From assembly GCF_009914755.1 (NCBI RefSeq), contig NC_060925.1: DNA of 64,000 nucleotides; one strand, 5' to 3'. The notes under the pieces were generated by a model that saw only the letters and a program-made list of their open reading frames with translations, was not told the DNA's origin and did no database searches. Both the position numbers and the translations under genes were made by a program. This document shows positions 38,261 through 50,817 of this stretch, piece by piece (position 1 is the first letter of the stretch; each line of letters starts with the position of its first letter). This DNA comes from the human T2T-CHM13v2.0 reference genome, Homo sapiens.

Positions 38261-41200
38261 GCCATAATGAATGTAGGCTTAGGAGTCTGAAGACTCTTGG
38301 CCCCCTTGTCTGAGTTCTGATGAGTTGTGTGTTTTCAGAATGTCATTGTGCCCTCTTTAGTGACAATCTTGGAGCCTGAGACCACATGAAAGAGACTGTG
38401 AGTTACTTTCATTTCCAGTGCCTGGCACATAAGGAATTCTTAATGAATGGTGAATAGTGAAATGAATAAATAGATGATAATGAGAGACCACACAGTAGGA
38501 CAGGTGATAAAAAGGATGGAGTAATGAACAAATGAAGACCAATGGTGAAATAATAGATTTCAGTATAACAATTACCAAACATGACTTAGAATTAACGTTT
38601 TGCCTTGATGACATGGAAATCTTAAATAAATTTCTCTCTGGTCATTCTATGTCATTTACTTAAAATGGGAAAAGACATGGGGGACTGCTGGTTTGAGGTA
38701 TGTGTGCAGAGGTCCCATGTGCACCCAGCACACACACACGTGCTTACACACACAGCCATCCAGGGACGCAGCTGCCACACTAAATATTGATTAGCAACAG
38801 GAGGAGCCAGTTTTAGGTGCATTTACAAAGGAAAAGCAGGCTTGAATAGACAGCCCCTTAGGTAGAAAGTACAGCTCTATATTTTGATGGCTTTGCCACT
38901 TCACCTGGCATAGATAGGGCCAGCAAATGTCTTGCTGGGAACCAGCTGTGCTGGGCATGCTGCTCTTCTCTGACCCCAAATCTGCATCCCAACCTGCTAA
39001 AGGGCCCTCATTAGTAGGGCCCGAATTGCCTGGAACATTCAGATGTCTTTGCTGCCAAAATACTCATAAGCCAAAGCAAATACTGTCAGGTAAGAACCAA
39101 AGGCTACCAAATGAAAAAGCAAGCTCACAGTGGACTATAATGTGGCTGAGGTTAGATTATACATGAAACTGTGAAGCTGGGCTTCTATTTGGGCAGAAAA
39201 GGGTTAGAAGAAGTAATCATTTCCCTTCAAGCCATTCTGCATTTTTAAATTCCTCAGCATGCAAGGGGAAAAAGGAAAGAAAATTTAGAGCACAGGGTAC
39301 ATTTATAAGCCAAGAGACCAAATCAGACATAAAAAGTGGCTTCTTCTTTAGGTTTTCTTTTATGTCCTTATCCCTCCTCCTGCTGACCCAAACTTTGGTT
39401 AAGAAATTATCAAGAAAAAAAATGCAGCTGTCCTTTCCTTGTGCTTCAAAACCAAAGGGAAGCTTCTGGTAGAAATACCCCAAGTCTAACTTTCAATACT
39501 TACGGCAATAATGTCCACCCTGACATGCGGCAGAGGAAGTTCAAATATACCATGCATTGCCAGGTGGCCCTCCCAGCTTGTGAGCTGTGACACCACATTT
39601 CTCTTCACTCAAGAAAGCATATTGAAACTCAAGTGAGTAAGAATGGCATTATTATAGGTAGAATTTTGAATATGGTATAATTTTTAAAGTAAATCATATA
39701 AAAACATTTGCAATTGACTGTCATTAGTAATAAATTACTTGCAACACACCTCACAACTTATTATGAAAAGTAAATCAATCTACCTTGTTCAATAACAGAT
39801 TCCTTGTTCCTCAGGCTGTCAGAGAAAAATCCTAGGAAACTGATAAAACCTTTCATCCTGGATGAAGATGATGACCCCTCTCAAAAATATGTTATCAGTA
39901 CTTTAAAAATAGCTCTCAAAATTTTAAGTGCAGGGTTTAAGTCAACACCAGAGCCATGTAATGCTGTAGCTTTTGCCATATCAGCTTGCTTTGAGACTTA
40001 CTGTATCAATATCCATTGTCTTTTTCTGCCCAACCCACACTCTTTCATGGATAGAAACCACCCAGGGCTGATGAGGTCGGTCAAGAGAGTCCCCCAACTT
40101 CTGGCTGGGCCCTCTCTATTCATTCCTGCAGGCAGCTCTCAGTAAAGCCAATGTCTTACTCTAAAATAAAGGTCAGTGGTCTTGTTTTCCAGAGCAACTG
40201 TGATGACACAGGAGGAAGATTAAAATAGTTTCCTCAGCAAAGTGCTAAGGACAGTGCCTGGCCCACAGTAAATGCTATATAAGTGTTTGCTATTATTATG
40301 ATGATAACATCTCAAAGCTGCCGGCAGGAACTATTGCTGCCTAAGGCTAGGCAGGAAAATTACACTTCATATCCAAATTCCCTTCTTTCTAAAAGGCAGG
40401 TGCTACCAGTTTCCAAAGGGACAAGGTCAGGCCTTAGTTCCTGGGTGTCAAAACATGGCTTATCTATGTCAGAAAGAGCTCTTGACGGGGGAGGTTAAAC
40501 AAAAAAGGAGTGAAATGGCCCACACCATTCACCAGATGACCTTTTTAAGGGTAGCAAATTGGTTTTGAACTGAGAGACAGTTGGATAATAATCCAGTCTC
40601 CTTCCCTACCTCTGACCCCCTACAATTTTGAGTGTGCCTAGTAATTACTGATGAAACGTGCCAATTACCATTGCTTTTCCAGCTTTTCCCCATGTAACCC
40701 TTCTGGAGTCTTACTATTTTGTGGGAAAGATGGGGTGGGTGGGGGTGGGAGTCTGAGCGCACGGGAGGTCAGATGTGGCAGCAAGCAAAAGTGAATGTAA
40801 GCAGTCTGGATTCCCTACCTGGCCCTACGGAAAAGCTCTGCCCAGGCTAGAGCCAAGCACCTCCCCTCAGTGTTTTTGCTTTGTTCTTTTCGAATTACAC
40901 TTATACAATTTGGAATGCCCATGTTGCCTACTCATGCCCAACCATAATCAAACCAAGTGGATTTTCTGCTTTCAACTGGGATCTGTAATACACTCAATGG
41001 CCATTATAACCCTCTCCTCTGGACACCAACCAGGCAGGTATCTGGGCATTAACTTTACTTGTCCTGTCTTTTTAACTCTCCTTTTCCTCATTAAAGATGA
41101 GGTGTCTGTGGTTCACAAGACAGCTGAATCTATGACATGAAAGGGGCCAAGTGATCAGAGAATAGGAAGAAAAGGTTTGAGAGTTATCTCCCCACTCTGT

Positions 41201-41339
41201 TATTTCCTTAGATTTTATCTGTCCAATTAGGTGGAAGCCTTTAAAGCAGAAATGATGCTGAAATATTTCTGGCTCTCCCATCACCTTCCCTAACTTCCTA
41301 GGAAATGTTATTTGTTGTTACAGTGAGCGTGTATCCATG

Positions 41340-41510
41340 TCGCTTTACATCTTATAAAAGCCCATATACTTGGAGTTAAAAAATGCTAGGTCTTAACTTC
41401 ACAGAGAAGTTAAAAAATTGGCCCCACATTACCAAACAGGAAGTGGCAGAACTACATGGCTTCACCCAGGCTGCATGGCCTCAGAGCTTGCACCCTTAAC
41501 CACTACTATA
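41340..41510 (-). mobile_element. MIR fragment
   Basis: CACAGAGAAGTTAAAAAATTGGCCC...AAGTGGCAGAACT...TCACCCAGG...CCTTAACCACTAC. Confidence 0.65.
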
Positions 41511-42681
41511 CAGTCCCTCACACTGGTTCATCCACTTCTCTTTTTACTCTTTCACAGGCCTTATCTCTCCACAGAAAAATTATTTACAGAGGCTTAAATA
41601 AGTGAGTTTAAGAAAGTAGACAGGGGAGTGTAATGGAAGCCAGGAAGGAGAGGAACTCAAGGGCTTATTTCCAGTTACTGGGGAAATTTTATGAAAAAGA
41701 TGAGATCTCAAGAAATGCCACAAGCCCTTTGAAAAATAATCAATTATATAAATCCAGATTAAATTACCTCTTTAAAAACACATATATTGCTGTTCAAATA
41801 CACAAATGTCTTGGGGAGTCTCCGATAGAGTTCCCAGGTAAAGCAGCAGAGCTCTAGGTACATTTATTAAGCCCACAAACCATTACCTGAATAAACACTG
41901 AGCAAGTGAGAGAATCAACATATGAAGTTTGCCCTGCCTAATTCCTTCTCCCAGCTTGGCAGGGTGCTCTACCACCCACACTGAGAAGGAGAGCTCATGC
42001 CTCTTACCTCAACCATTTCTGATTTTCTGTGCAAAGCTGACATGTTAGGTCGGAGCAAATGAAACAAATGAGTATTCTTGGGAAGCCTGAGGCCCAGTGT
42101 GCCACAGAGGCATGCAGGCCCCTGAGCATCTCAGAAAGTCATTTAGGAATTCATCCGATGGGAGGGAGCCCAGGCCAGCTGTGGCCATGAGAACATCCCA
42201 GATAACACTAGCTGCAACCCCCACCATCAGGTCACAGCACTGACAGAAGTGAGGTGGCTAAGGATAAATTTGTTTTACAGGAACTGCTCCCCAAATCTCA
42301 CCCCCACAAGCAGAACCAGGCAGCCCAGTGTGGCTCCTCTGGGGGTACACCACCAGCTCGGGCATCAACTCAGCATCATCACATTCAGAAAGTAAGTGGC
42401 CCACGGTGAGATCATGAGCAAAAGGCTGGTAGAGGTACCTGGGAGATAGTGGGTCAGACAAGAAAGGAATACAATTCATGTACAAGTTCCAGGTTCTTCT
42501 AACCACTGGAGTCCACACTGACTTCTCCCCTTGCAGGCTCCTCTAGCAGACATCCTTGCTTTGCCCAATTTCACAAGCCAGCCATCTCATCTATTGTGTG
42601 TTCATGACTCAAGGCAGAGGCTGTGTCGTCTATCTGCCTTCTAGGACAGAACCTCATTTGATCTTCATCACAGAGGAGGCC

Positions 42682-43033
42682 TATCTTAGTCCATTGGGGT
42701 GCTACAACAAGATAGCTTAGACTGGGTAATTTATAAATAACAGCAATATATTGCTCACACTTCTGGAGGCTGGGAAGTCCAAAAACCAAGGTGCTGGCAG
42801 ATTCAGTGTCTGGCAAGGGCTCTGTCTGCTTCACAGACAGCACGTTCCTCACAATGTAGCAGAGGAAGGAAGTTCTCTGGGGCCTCTTTTATAAGGGCAT
42901 TAATCCCATTTATGAGGGCAGAGCCCTCATGACCTAATCGCCTCTCAAAGGGCCTACCTACTAATACCATCACCTTGGTGGTTAGTTTTCAACATATGAA
43001 TTTGGGGGAAACACGAACATTCAGACCACAGCA
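42682..43033 (-). mobile_element. MaLR solo LTR (MLT1A/MSTC-like) with 5-bp TSD AGGCC
   Basis: TATCTTAGTCCATT...TTCTGGAGGCTGGGAAGTCC...TCTTTTATAAGGGCATTAATCCCATT...AACATTCAGACCACAGCA; AGGCC at 42677-42681 and 43034-43038. Confidence 0.93.
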
Positions 43034-43278
43034 AGGCCCTTAACACTTTCTGGATTAGGTGATGGGTCGTTGAGAGCCCAGGGCACAGCAGCTCTCCGAG
43101 GTGAGTCTCTCAGATACCCTCTGGCAAGTCTCTGAGAGTTAAAAGAAACAGACCCCTTTCTCCTTGCTTTTGGTGACAGAAGAACCAGATGATCAAATTA
43201 TCAATTAAGCAAAGCAAGCTAAATGGGAAACAAAGTATCCTTTCATATGGCCTATTTTTTTTTCTTTCTTACTTCAAG

Positions 43279-43301
43279 TTCTTAGAATATACTTCTCAGA
43301 A
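43279..43301. promoter_or_regulatory. Tandem GAS motifs (candidate STAT5 tetramer site)
   Basis: TTCTTAGAA-tatac-TTCTCAGAA; both match TTCYNRGAA. Motif evidence only. Confidence 0.4.
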
Positions 43302-44044
43302 AGCTGTGCATGTTGGGTAGATATTTTCTGAATGGAACTCAATCAAATGAGCTTAGGTTTGGAAAATGCTCTGACTTGAGAAAGGAGAATCAAAGCGCAT
43401 AGAAATTTGGGTAATGGTTGGAGTTTACCTGAGGATTAATCCAGACTATGGTAGCTACAAAGTAGCACAATGCTTGTCTGGGCATGTGCAGATGAAGTAG
43501 GAATTCTAAGCCCCCAGGAACCCCCTTCATCTTCAATTACCGTCCAAACCAGCCTGTTACAATGCCTAAAATTACACCATAAACAATTAATTGATCTGGG
43601 TTAAGGCTCTGCATTAACATTTATGTTTTCATCTGAGCAAATTCCAGATATCACCATGGTCATTAAAGGCATTGCCGTCTGAGAAGGATAAGCTGCACCA
43701 GCTGTGGGCATTTACCAGGACACTCATGAGATTTTTACTTTGTTGGCTAAGAGGAAGACCTCATGTGACTGACAGGGAGGCTGACTTTGGTGGGGAAGGG
43801 AGAACAGGTGCTTCTGAGGAGAGCTAGTCTGGGCAGGGCTGTGAAAAGAGAGGTGTGGGTAGAGAATATAAGCTCATCTGGGGTGCACAACAAAATGGGG
43901 AAGGACACAGAAGGACAAGGAGAAGGGCAGGTCTTAGCCACTTCATTGTTCTTTCTTGTTCAAGGTCTGGTCACAAGTTCTCTTTCACCTTTAATCTCCA
44001 ATAAGTTAATGCCTGGAGCATCTTCAATTAGTATGTCTGTCTGT

Positions 44045-44046
<2 letters not shown>

Positions 44047-44084
<38 letters not shown>
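44047..44084. repeat. (CA)n microsatellite
   Basis: About 18-19 perfect CA units. Confidence 0.97.
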
Positions 44085-44085
<1 letters not shown>

Positions 44086-45089
44086 CCCTCAGAAGTCACA
44101 CTCAGCTCCCCTAGAATTGATTTTAAAAGCCAGTCCTAATTCTGATGGCTCTGTCCATGGTTCTAGCAGGCAAGGTTCTGAAATCTTGCAATACAGAATC
44201 ATAGACTTCAAAACTTAAAATTGACATATCTATCATTATTTACGCTACATTGAATTCCAAATGATTAAAGATGATTAACTCATAAAAGAGATAAACTAGG
44301 GGAGTGACGGCAATTGATTTCATGAAAGGATTTCCTACTGAACCCTGTTGAACAGGACTCCCCATTTCCCTCAACAAGTCCCACCTATTCCCATCCAGCC
44401 CCCAGATGCAGGGACCTCATCAGAAGCTGTCTCTTCTTTGGGAGTCACAACATTGGTTGACTGTACTTCTTAAGTCTTCTCACCAAAATGTCCCAGAAGG
44501 TACAGGGAGCAAGAGAGAAAATAGAGGCCCAGCTCAGGGCCCATAAAAAAACAGCAACATTTCTTTCTTCAAGTCCTACATTTTATCTTACAATTAGGTA
44601 AAGTTTGCATTCCACTAAATAAAGCATGTTTTTATTCAATATAATCCCCCGCCACCCCCCACCAAAACCTTTGGGGAAAACAGATGCTCCAGGAAGCAGC
44701 ATTTGGAAACCAGAGGCATGGCCTTCCTGGGGTGGCTCAGCCTTCTCTTCTGCCCCTCTGCACCATGTATGGAAGATGCCACCCCCCTTGGCAGCAGGAG
44801 AAGAGTGAGCTGTAGGCCCCTGATTCTGATGGCTGACCTGCTCATGGGGCTTCCTAGGGCCTGGAGAGGGTACCCGTTTGAACAAAAAGCCTTAATAGCA
44901 CCTACCCCATAAGGTTGTTTGAAGGACTAAAGGAAATAATCTAGTTGCAGACACTGAAGAAGTGTAAGCTATTAATATTAGGATTTATTCTCCTTTTATC
45001 TAGTTAAGAAAGTGACCAAATTTTCTCCCTAGTTAAAGCCCTTTGGTAGCTCCTACAAGGACCTCTGCAACTGGCCACTACCTGACTCT

Positions 45090-45508
45090 CTAGCCTCATT
45101 CTCTTCTTCTCCCTGCAGTCCGTCATGCCTTGGGCCCCACTGTTTAGTCTTGGATGGTTTAGAATGCTCCACACTTCCCATGCTCTTTTGCACCTCAGGG
45201 CTTTGTGTGTGCTGACTGCTCTGGCTGGAATGCATGCCCCCACACAGCCTCCCCTCTAGTGGTGAAGCCCCCTCATCTGATTAGATGCAGAAGGAGACAG
45301 AACCTTTTCTGTGAAGACTTGTGAGCCCCCCTGCCTCCATAGACCTAGCGTACACCCCAGGCATCACCTTTCTTCTTCTACTTCCAGTATTTGTTGTCTG
45401 CCTGAGTCACTTTTCAGATGTCCAGCTCCTTGGGAATGGGAATTCATCTCTGTATGTCTTTTTACATTTAAAAGACATTCAACAAATGTTTGATGTGTGA
45501 GTGAATGA

Positions 45509-45512
<4 letters not shown>
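45090..45512 (+). mobile_element. L2 3' region
   Basis: CACCTCAGGGCTTTGTGTGTGCTG...CTGGAATGC...AGCTCCTTGGGAATGGGAATTCATCT...CATTCAACAAATGTTTGATGTGTGAGTGAATGA. Confidence 0.7.

Positions 45513-45551
<39 letters not shown>
45513..45551. repeat. (TG)n microsatellite
   Basis: About 19 perfect TG units. Confidence 0.97.
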
Positions 45552-45552
<1 letters not shown>

Positions 45553-45844
45553 TGCTGGGATGGGGCGGGGGAAGTGTTGATAGGTGCCAGGGGAGATGAA
45601 AGATATATTTGCCTAGCATATAGCCTGTAAAAATGGACTGTCATGCATCAGAGGGCAGAGATTCCATCTACAAAAGTCTGCTGATCAGTCCCTAACCTAG
45701 TGCTGCAAGACTCAAGGAGGCTGCCAAAAAAGTTTCTATATGTTGATCACAATGGATGCAGGGTTTTTACTTGCCTGTGAATCAATCTATACCATTCTTT
45801 CCCCACAGTTGAGTGCACAGGTCCAGGATACTATACCCTGTCCC

Positions 45845-45886
45845 TATACACACATGCACATGCATGCATGCATGCATACACAGACA

Positions 45887-45925
<39 letters not shown>
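45845..45925. repeat. Compound (CATG)n(CA)n(GA)n microsatellite
   Basis: Read directly. Confidence 0.93.
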
Positions 45926-46123
45926 CGCACAAGAGAGAGTACACTTCAGCTATCTCCTGCCATTTCAGTTTTGCCAGAACTGTTTATTTGCCCATAAGTG
46001 GGTGTTTTGTTCAAGATTTTATATTTTTTCATTATAGTGATTTTAATTATCTTATCCATTTTGCTTTCTGCTGGCTGCATTTTAGCTTACTGTTCTTTTG
46101 CATTGTTTTATTTTTAGTTTTAA

Positions 46124-46293
46124 CTTTTTTTTTTAGAGATAGGGTCTCATTAAGTTGCCCACGTTGGAATGCAGCAGTCATCCACAGGCACAATCACAGT
46201 GCAGTACAGCGTCAAACTCCTGGGCTCAAGCCATCCTTCTGCCTCAGCCTCCTGAGTAGCTGAGACTACAGGAGTGTGCCACCATGCCCAGCT
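46124..46293 (-). mobile_element. FAM (fossil Alu monomer)
   Basis: Monomer retaining the 7SL/FAM-type segment ATCCACAGGCACAATCACAGTGCAGTACAGC; degenerate TSD TTTGCAYTRTTTTAT. Confidence 0.82.
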
Positions 46294-46387
46294 TTGCACT
46301 ATTTTATCTCCTTTTTAAAAACTTTAGATTTTTTTAAATGGGATGTTCCTGGGTAAAGAGTAGGCATTTATTAAGATTGCCCATGAC

Positions 46388-46640
<253 letters not shown>

Positions 46641-47539
46641 ATTACCCATGACTAGAATACAGAGGTTCCATATCATCTGCCCTTGAAAACATCTAGATTA
46701 ATGATAAGGATGGGAAACAGATACAGAGAAAAAAAACACAAACTCTTAAAATGTATACATAAATGCACCCCAAATAATCCTGAGCATCTAAATAACCAGG
46801 TTCCAGGAAGACAAGTGAAGGAAGAGGTTAGAGCAGCTGTGGGGAGCCGGAGGAATGGTTCTGGAGCCGTTCTGATTACCCTCCCAGATCATCAAGGCTC
46901 TAATTCTCACAGTACTTACACCTCTTTTTTGGGTTTTCTGCACAGCATGAGCAACTGCTAGGCATAATTACTTAGGCTGGGTGCCTGGGCTGCTTGCTTA
47001 CCAAAGAGTGTTGACTACCCTCTCTTCCCCCTCCTCCCAAGCAACATCACCATTTATGCAGAATTACATGATTCAGCTCTTGCTAAAGGAGGTTGTAGCT
47101 GCTTTCTGGTAAAGGAACAAAGCAAAGAAGGAAAGGCAGTCAAGAAGTAGCCAAAGCCACGTGGTGATCAGATCTTTTATTTTCAATCTCATCATGCCCT
47201 AACTTGTGGATTTTCACTAGAGTATTTCCAGTGGAAAGTAAGGAGAGAGAAAGGGTAGTCACTGGGCAGCCAGAGGACAGGGAAATGGTCTCAGAGCTAA
47301 GTGGTTCAGTCACAGAGTAACTACGAGGAAAGACACCCAAAGGGAAGAGACTGAGGGGGAATAAAAGAAAGTCATCAGGTGCATAATGAAAAGGTAGATT
47401 TCTGTGGTCTGGGTGTATATTTGACCCTTTCTCTTCCAGTACAAAAAATGTTTGCTATCTTACCTGTTGGCATTTAGAACTATAAACTTTTGTCCTTCAA
47501 TCAATTAAGATTTTGAGTCAATTAATATTTATACTCTTT

Positions 47540-48475
47540 CTACTCAGGATTCAGACTCTGACCTCTTCCCTTGTCTATCTGTATTCATTTCTCAGATCAT
47601 CTCACCCAGTCTCATGGATTTAAATACTATCAATAGGCTAATGGCTCCTGAATTTATATAGTTAGCCCAGAACTCCCCTTTGATCTCTCAATCTGAACTC
47701 TCAATTCCTACATGCCCTCTCCCCCTGCACATACCCCTCAAACTCCATCCTCCAAAAGTCCTCATCAACTCAGTAGCAACTTCATCCTTCCAGTTCATCA
47801 GGCCAAAGGCCTTGCAACTGTCCACTCTCAAACACCCACAGAAAGTACTGTTGTAGCATCTGGCCATTTCTCCCCACAACTCCATTGCTACCAACTTAGA
47901 CTAAGTCACCATTGTTTCTTAACCGGATTATTACAGTCTGCTCCTGACTCATCTCCCTGTTTCTACCCTTGTCCCACTCTGTTCTCAACATAGTTACCAA
48001 ATTTATCTTTCAAAATTTAAAACAGAACATATCACTCCCCTGCTCAAAACCCTCCAAAGATTCTATCTCCCTTAGAATAAGAGCCAAAGTCCATGCATTG
48101 GCCTGTAATATGTATCAGTTCTAGGCCCACAAGAATGAGTTTCCACCTCCACTTCTGAATTCATTTGCTACCACTCTCCTCTCATTCACTCCCCCCGCAA
48201 CCATATTGGTCTCTTTGCTTCCCCTCAGACACCTCAGGGCCTTTGCACCTGCTATTTCCTCTGCCTGGACCCTCTTCCTCAGATATCTACACAGTCTTCT
48301 CCTTCAATGAATCTAAGCTTTTGCTCAAATGTCTCCTTACTTGTGAAGGCTTCTCTGGCCACTCTACGTCAAGTGATCCATGAAGGCAGTGACCGTGTTC
48401 ACTGATGTATCTCTGATACACAGCACAGCCTGACACATCAGAAACTCTCATTGCATGTTTTGTGAACAAATGAGA
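47540..48475 (+). mobile_element. L2 LINE fragment (~0.9 kb)
   Basis: ATCTCACCCAGTCTCATGGATTTAAATAC, CAACTTCATCCTTCCAGTT, ATATCACTCCCCTGCTCAAAACCCTCCA, CCTCAGGGCCTTTGCACCTGCTATTTCCTCTGCCTGGA. Confidence 0.9.
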
Positions 48476-48479
48476 AAAT

Positions 48480-49092
48480 GTAGCTAAAGCTGGGCACATG
48501 ACTCAAGCTAGGAAAATCGATGTTCTCTTCTGGGTCTATGACTCCAGAGGGTTGGGAAAATCAGTTGGAATGGATCCATCCCAGCAGTAATGCCCTGATA
48601 ACATTGAACCTGTATTCCTGGCTTGGCTTTTTTGCTTTTTTTTTTTTTTTTTTTTTTTTTTTTCTGAGACAGGGTCTTGCTCTGTCACTAGGCTCCGGTG
48701 CCGTGGCACAATCAGAGCTCACTGCAGCCTCAAACTCCTGGGCTCAAGGACTCCTCCTCCTGTCTCAGCCTCCTCAGTAGTTAGGACCATAGGTGCATGC
48801 CCCCACACCCAGCTAATTTTTGTATTTTTTTGTAAAATGATCTTGCTATGTTTCCCAGGCTGATCTTGAACTCCTGGGCTCAAGTGATCCTCCTGCATCA
48901 GCTTCCCAAAGTGCTGGGATTACAGGCATGAGCCATTGCGCCTGACCTCGATTCTATTGTTTCTCAGCCTGATTCATCAGCTATACCTTAAATTCTGTGA
49001 GCAGCTTTACCTCCTTCCAATAAATTCTCCTTTTTCTTAAGTAGCTAGTGTCACTTTCTGGTGCTTAAAATGTAATAACTGCAATTGATAGG
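48480..49092 (+). mobile_element. Old ERVL-type LTR (LTR16-like), split by an AluJ
   Basis: GGGCACATGACTCAAGCTAGG...CCAATAAATTCTCCTTTTTCTTAAGTAGCTAGTGTCACTTTCTG...TTGATA. Confidence 0.55.
48628..48947 (-). mobile_element. AluJ element
   Basis: AGCTCACTGCAGCCTCAAACTCCTGGGCTCAAG J-type diagnostics; long poly(T). Confidence 0.93.
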
Positions 49093-50783
49093 CTGTTTCA
49101 CTCCCAATTCCTATACTATCCTGTGCTCAATAAAAGTATTACATGCTCCATGAGAGTTCTAGTCAGACAGATTGTCTTTCTACTGATATTCTAGGAATGA
49201 TCCTCAATCTAAAGTTCTACAATCTTATTAAAAATAATATTGACAGGTGCCCATATTACTTTGTATCTCTAAAATGTGAGTTAACCCCTCATTTTACTGA
49301 AAAGGAAATGGAAGCCCAAGAAGTGAAGTAGGAGACTGTATGAAAAGAGTCCAGACGTTAGAGCTTGATTTGCCAATCCTGTTCTCAATAGTGCTCACTC
49401 CCCATCCTGACTAGAACTACAACAGTAGGGTCAGTTATCTTGCTCATTGTCTTAGGACTGAACCTTCATTCTGCATCATAGCTTCTGGAGTTAGGGAGCC
49501 CCCCCAAGCAACAGCTAGAGGCCCCCACTAGACTGCATGGTTTGCTTTCCTGCCTTTGAGAGGCCATATCTGGCCATGGAAAGTCCTCAGAGATGAAGCT
49601 AACTTGGCAGGACCCAAGGCCACCCTGAACATGCACTGCTGGGCTGGTGCTGCAGTATTTTACCAGGCTTGTTATCATTGAAAAGAGACTAGCAGAGGTC
49701 AGGGATAAATAAGAGCTGATAAGTCTTAGTAGTCTGGCATGAATGCTCACTGATACCTTTTTCAGCTCCAACTTAAAAGTGCTTGTAGTTGTATTTGGAA
49801 ATTGGCCATAGGGTCTTAGCTAAACTGAATTTTCAGGCTATGATATCTGCAAGTTTAGAAGTCACCTTAACTGCATGACACACAGTTGATCAGCACCCAG
49901 GACAGCATCTCTTGTGAGCTTGGGGAGGATGGACCTCGCAGCACAACACAAACCCAGTTGAATTCAGGACTCTAGGGCCTATATTCTGCAGATAGAAAAG
50001 CTCAGCTGTTGCATTATAGTCTCAGTCCTAAAGGTCAATCCAAGATACCAGGGGGGGAAAAAAACACAGAAGCACAAACAACAAAAGCTTAATCTTGCAG
50101 GGACTCTATAGAGTTAAATGTAGAGTGGCTAGAGGGACAGGAGCTAAGTAAAGATAGTAAACCTTCCTGGAAACCTACTCAGGGATTTGAAGAAAGGAAG
50201 AAAATGGATATGCTAGATAGAAGGATACACAAGGCAGGAGGGCACAGACAGATAAAGATGAACAAGACAATCCAACCCTACACATTTATTTCCATCAATA
50301 CATTCAAAATGTTCCCCAGAACATCAGGAAATACCATCTCTGAAAAGAATGTCCACCTCATTTTTCTTCAAATACAGTTACAAAATCAACTCTCCGATAA
50401 AGCTCTTTTCATTCCCTCCTATCTTTTTTTCAGAAACGGACTTTTACCTTCTAACAATGGTGACTATATTTAGACCCAAAGAAAAGTTATCCATGATATG
50501 AGGCTTCTATATTCGGTTCTGCTTCTTCCTCTCATGATTACCTAACTCTATTGTTTCTGGGTTTGTTTTTCCTTCTTTTATTCCTAGATTCTCAGTCTTA
50601 TACTCTGCCAGAAGCTGGTCTCTTCTGGCATGCTTTTTAGAATTTTACTTACAGGCTGCCATGATCTTATTTCCCTCACTCTCTGTTATTTACCTGTTGG
50701 GATTTAAAATAGTCATCTCCTATGTTAACTCTCTTCTCTTTCCCCCAACTTTGAGAAAAAGTCTCTGATTAAATTTTATGATT

Positions 50784-50786
<3 letters not shown>

Positions 50787-50814
<28 letters not shown>
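50787..50814. repeat. Poly(T) tract (~28 nt)
   Basis: Read directly. Confidence 0.95.
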
Positions 50815-50817
<3 letters not shown>

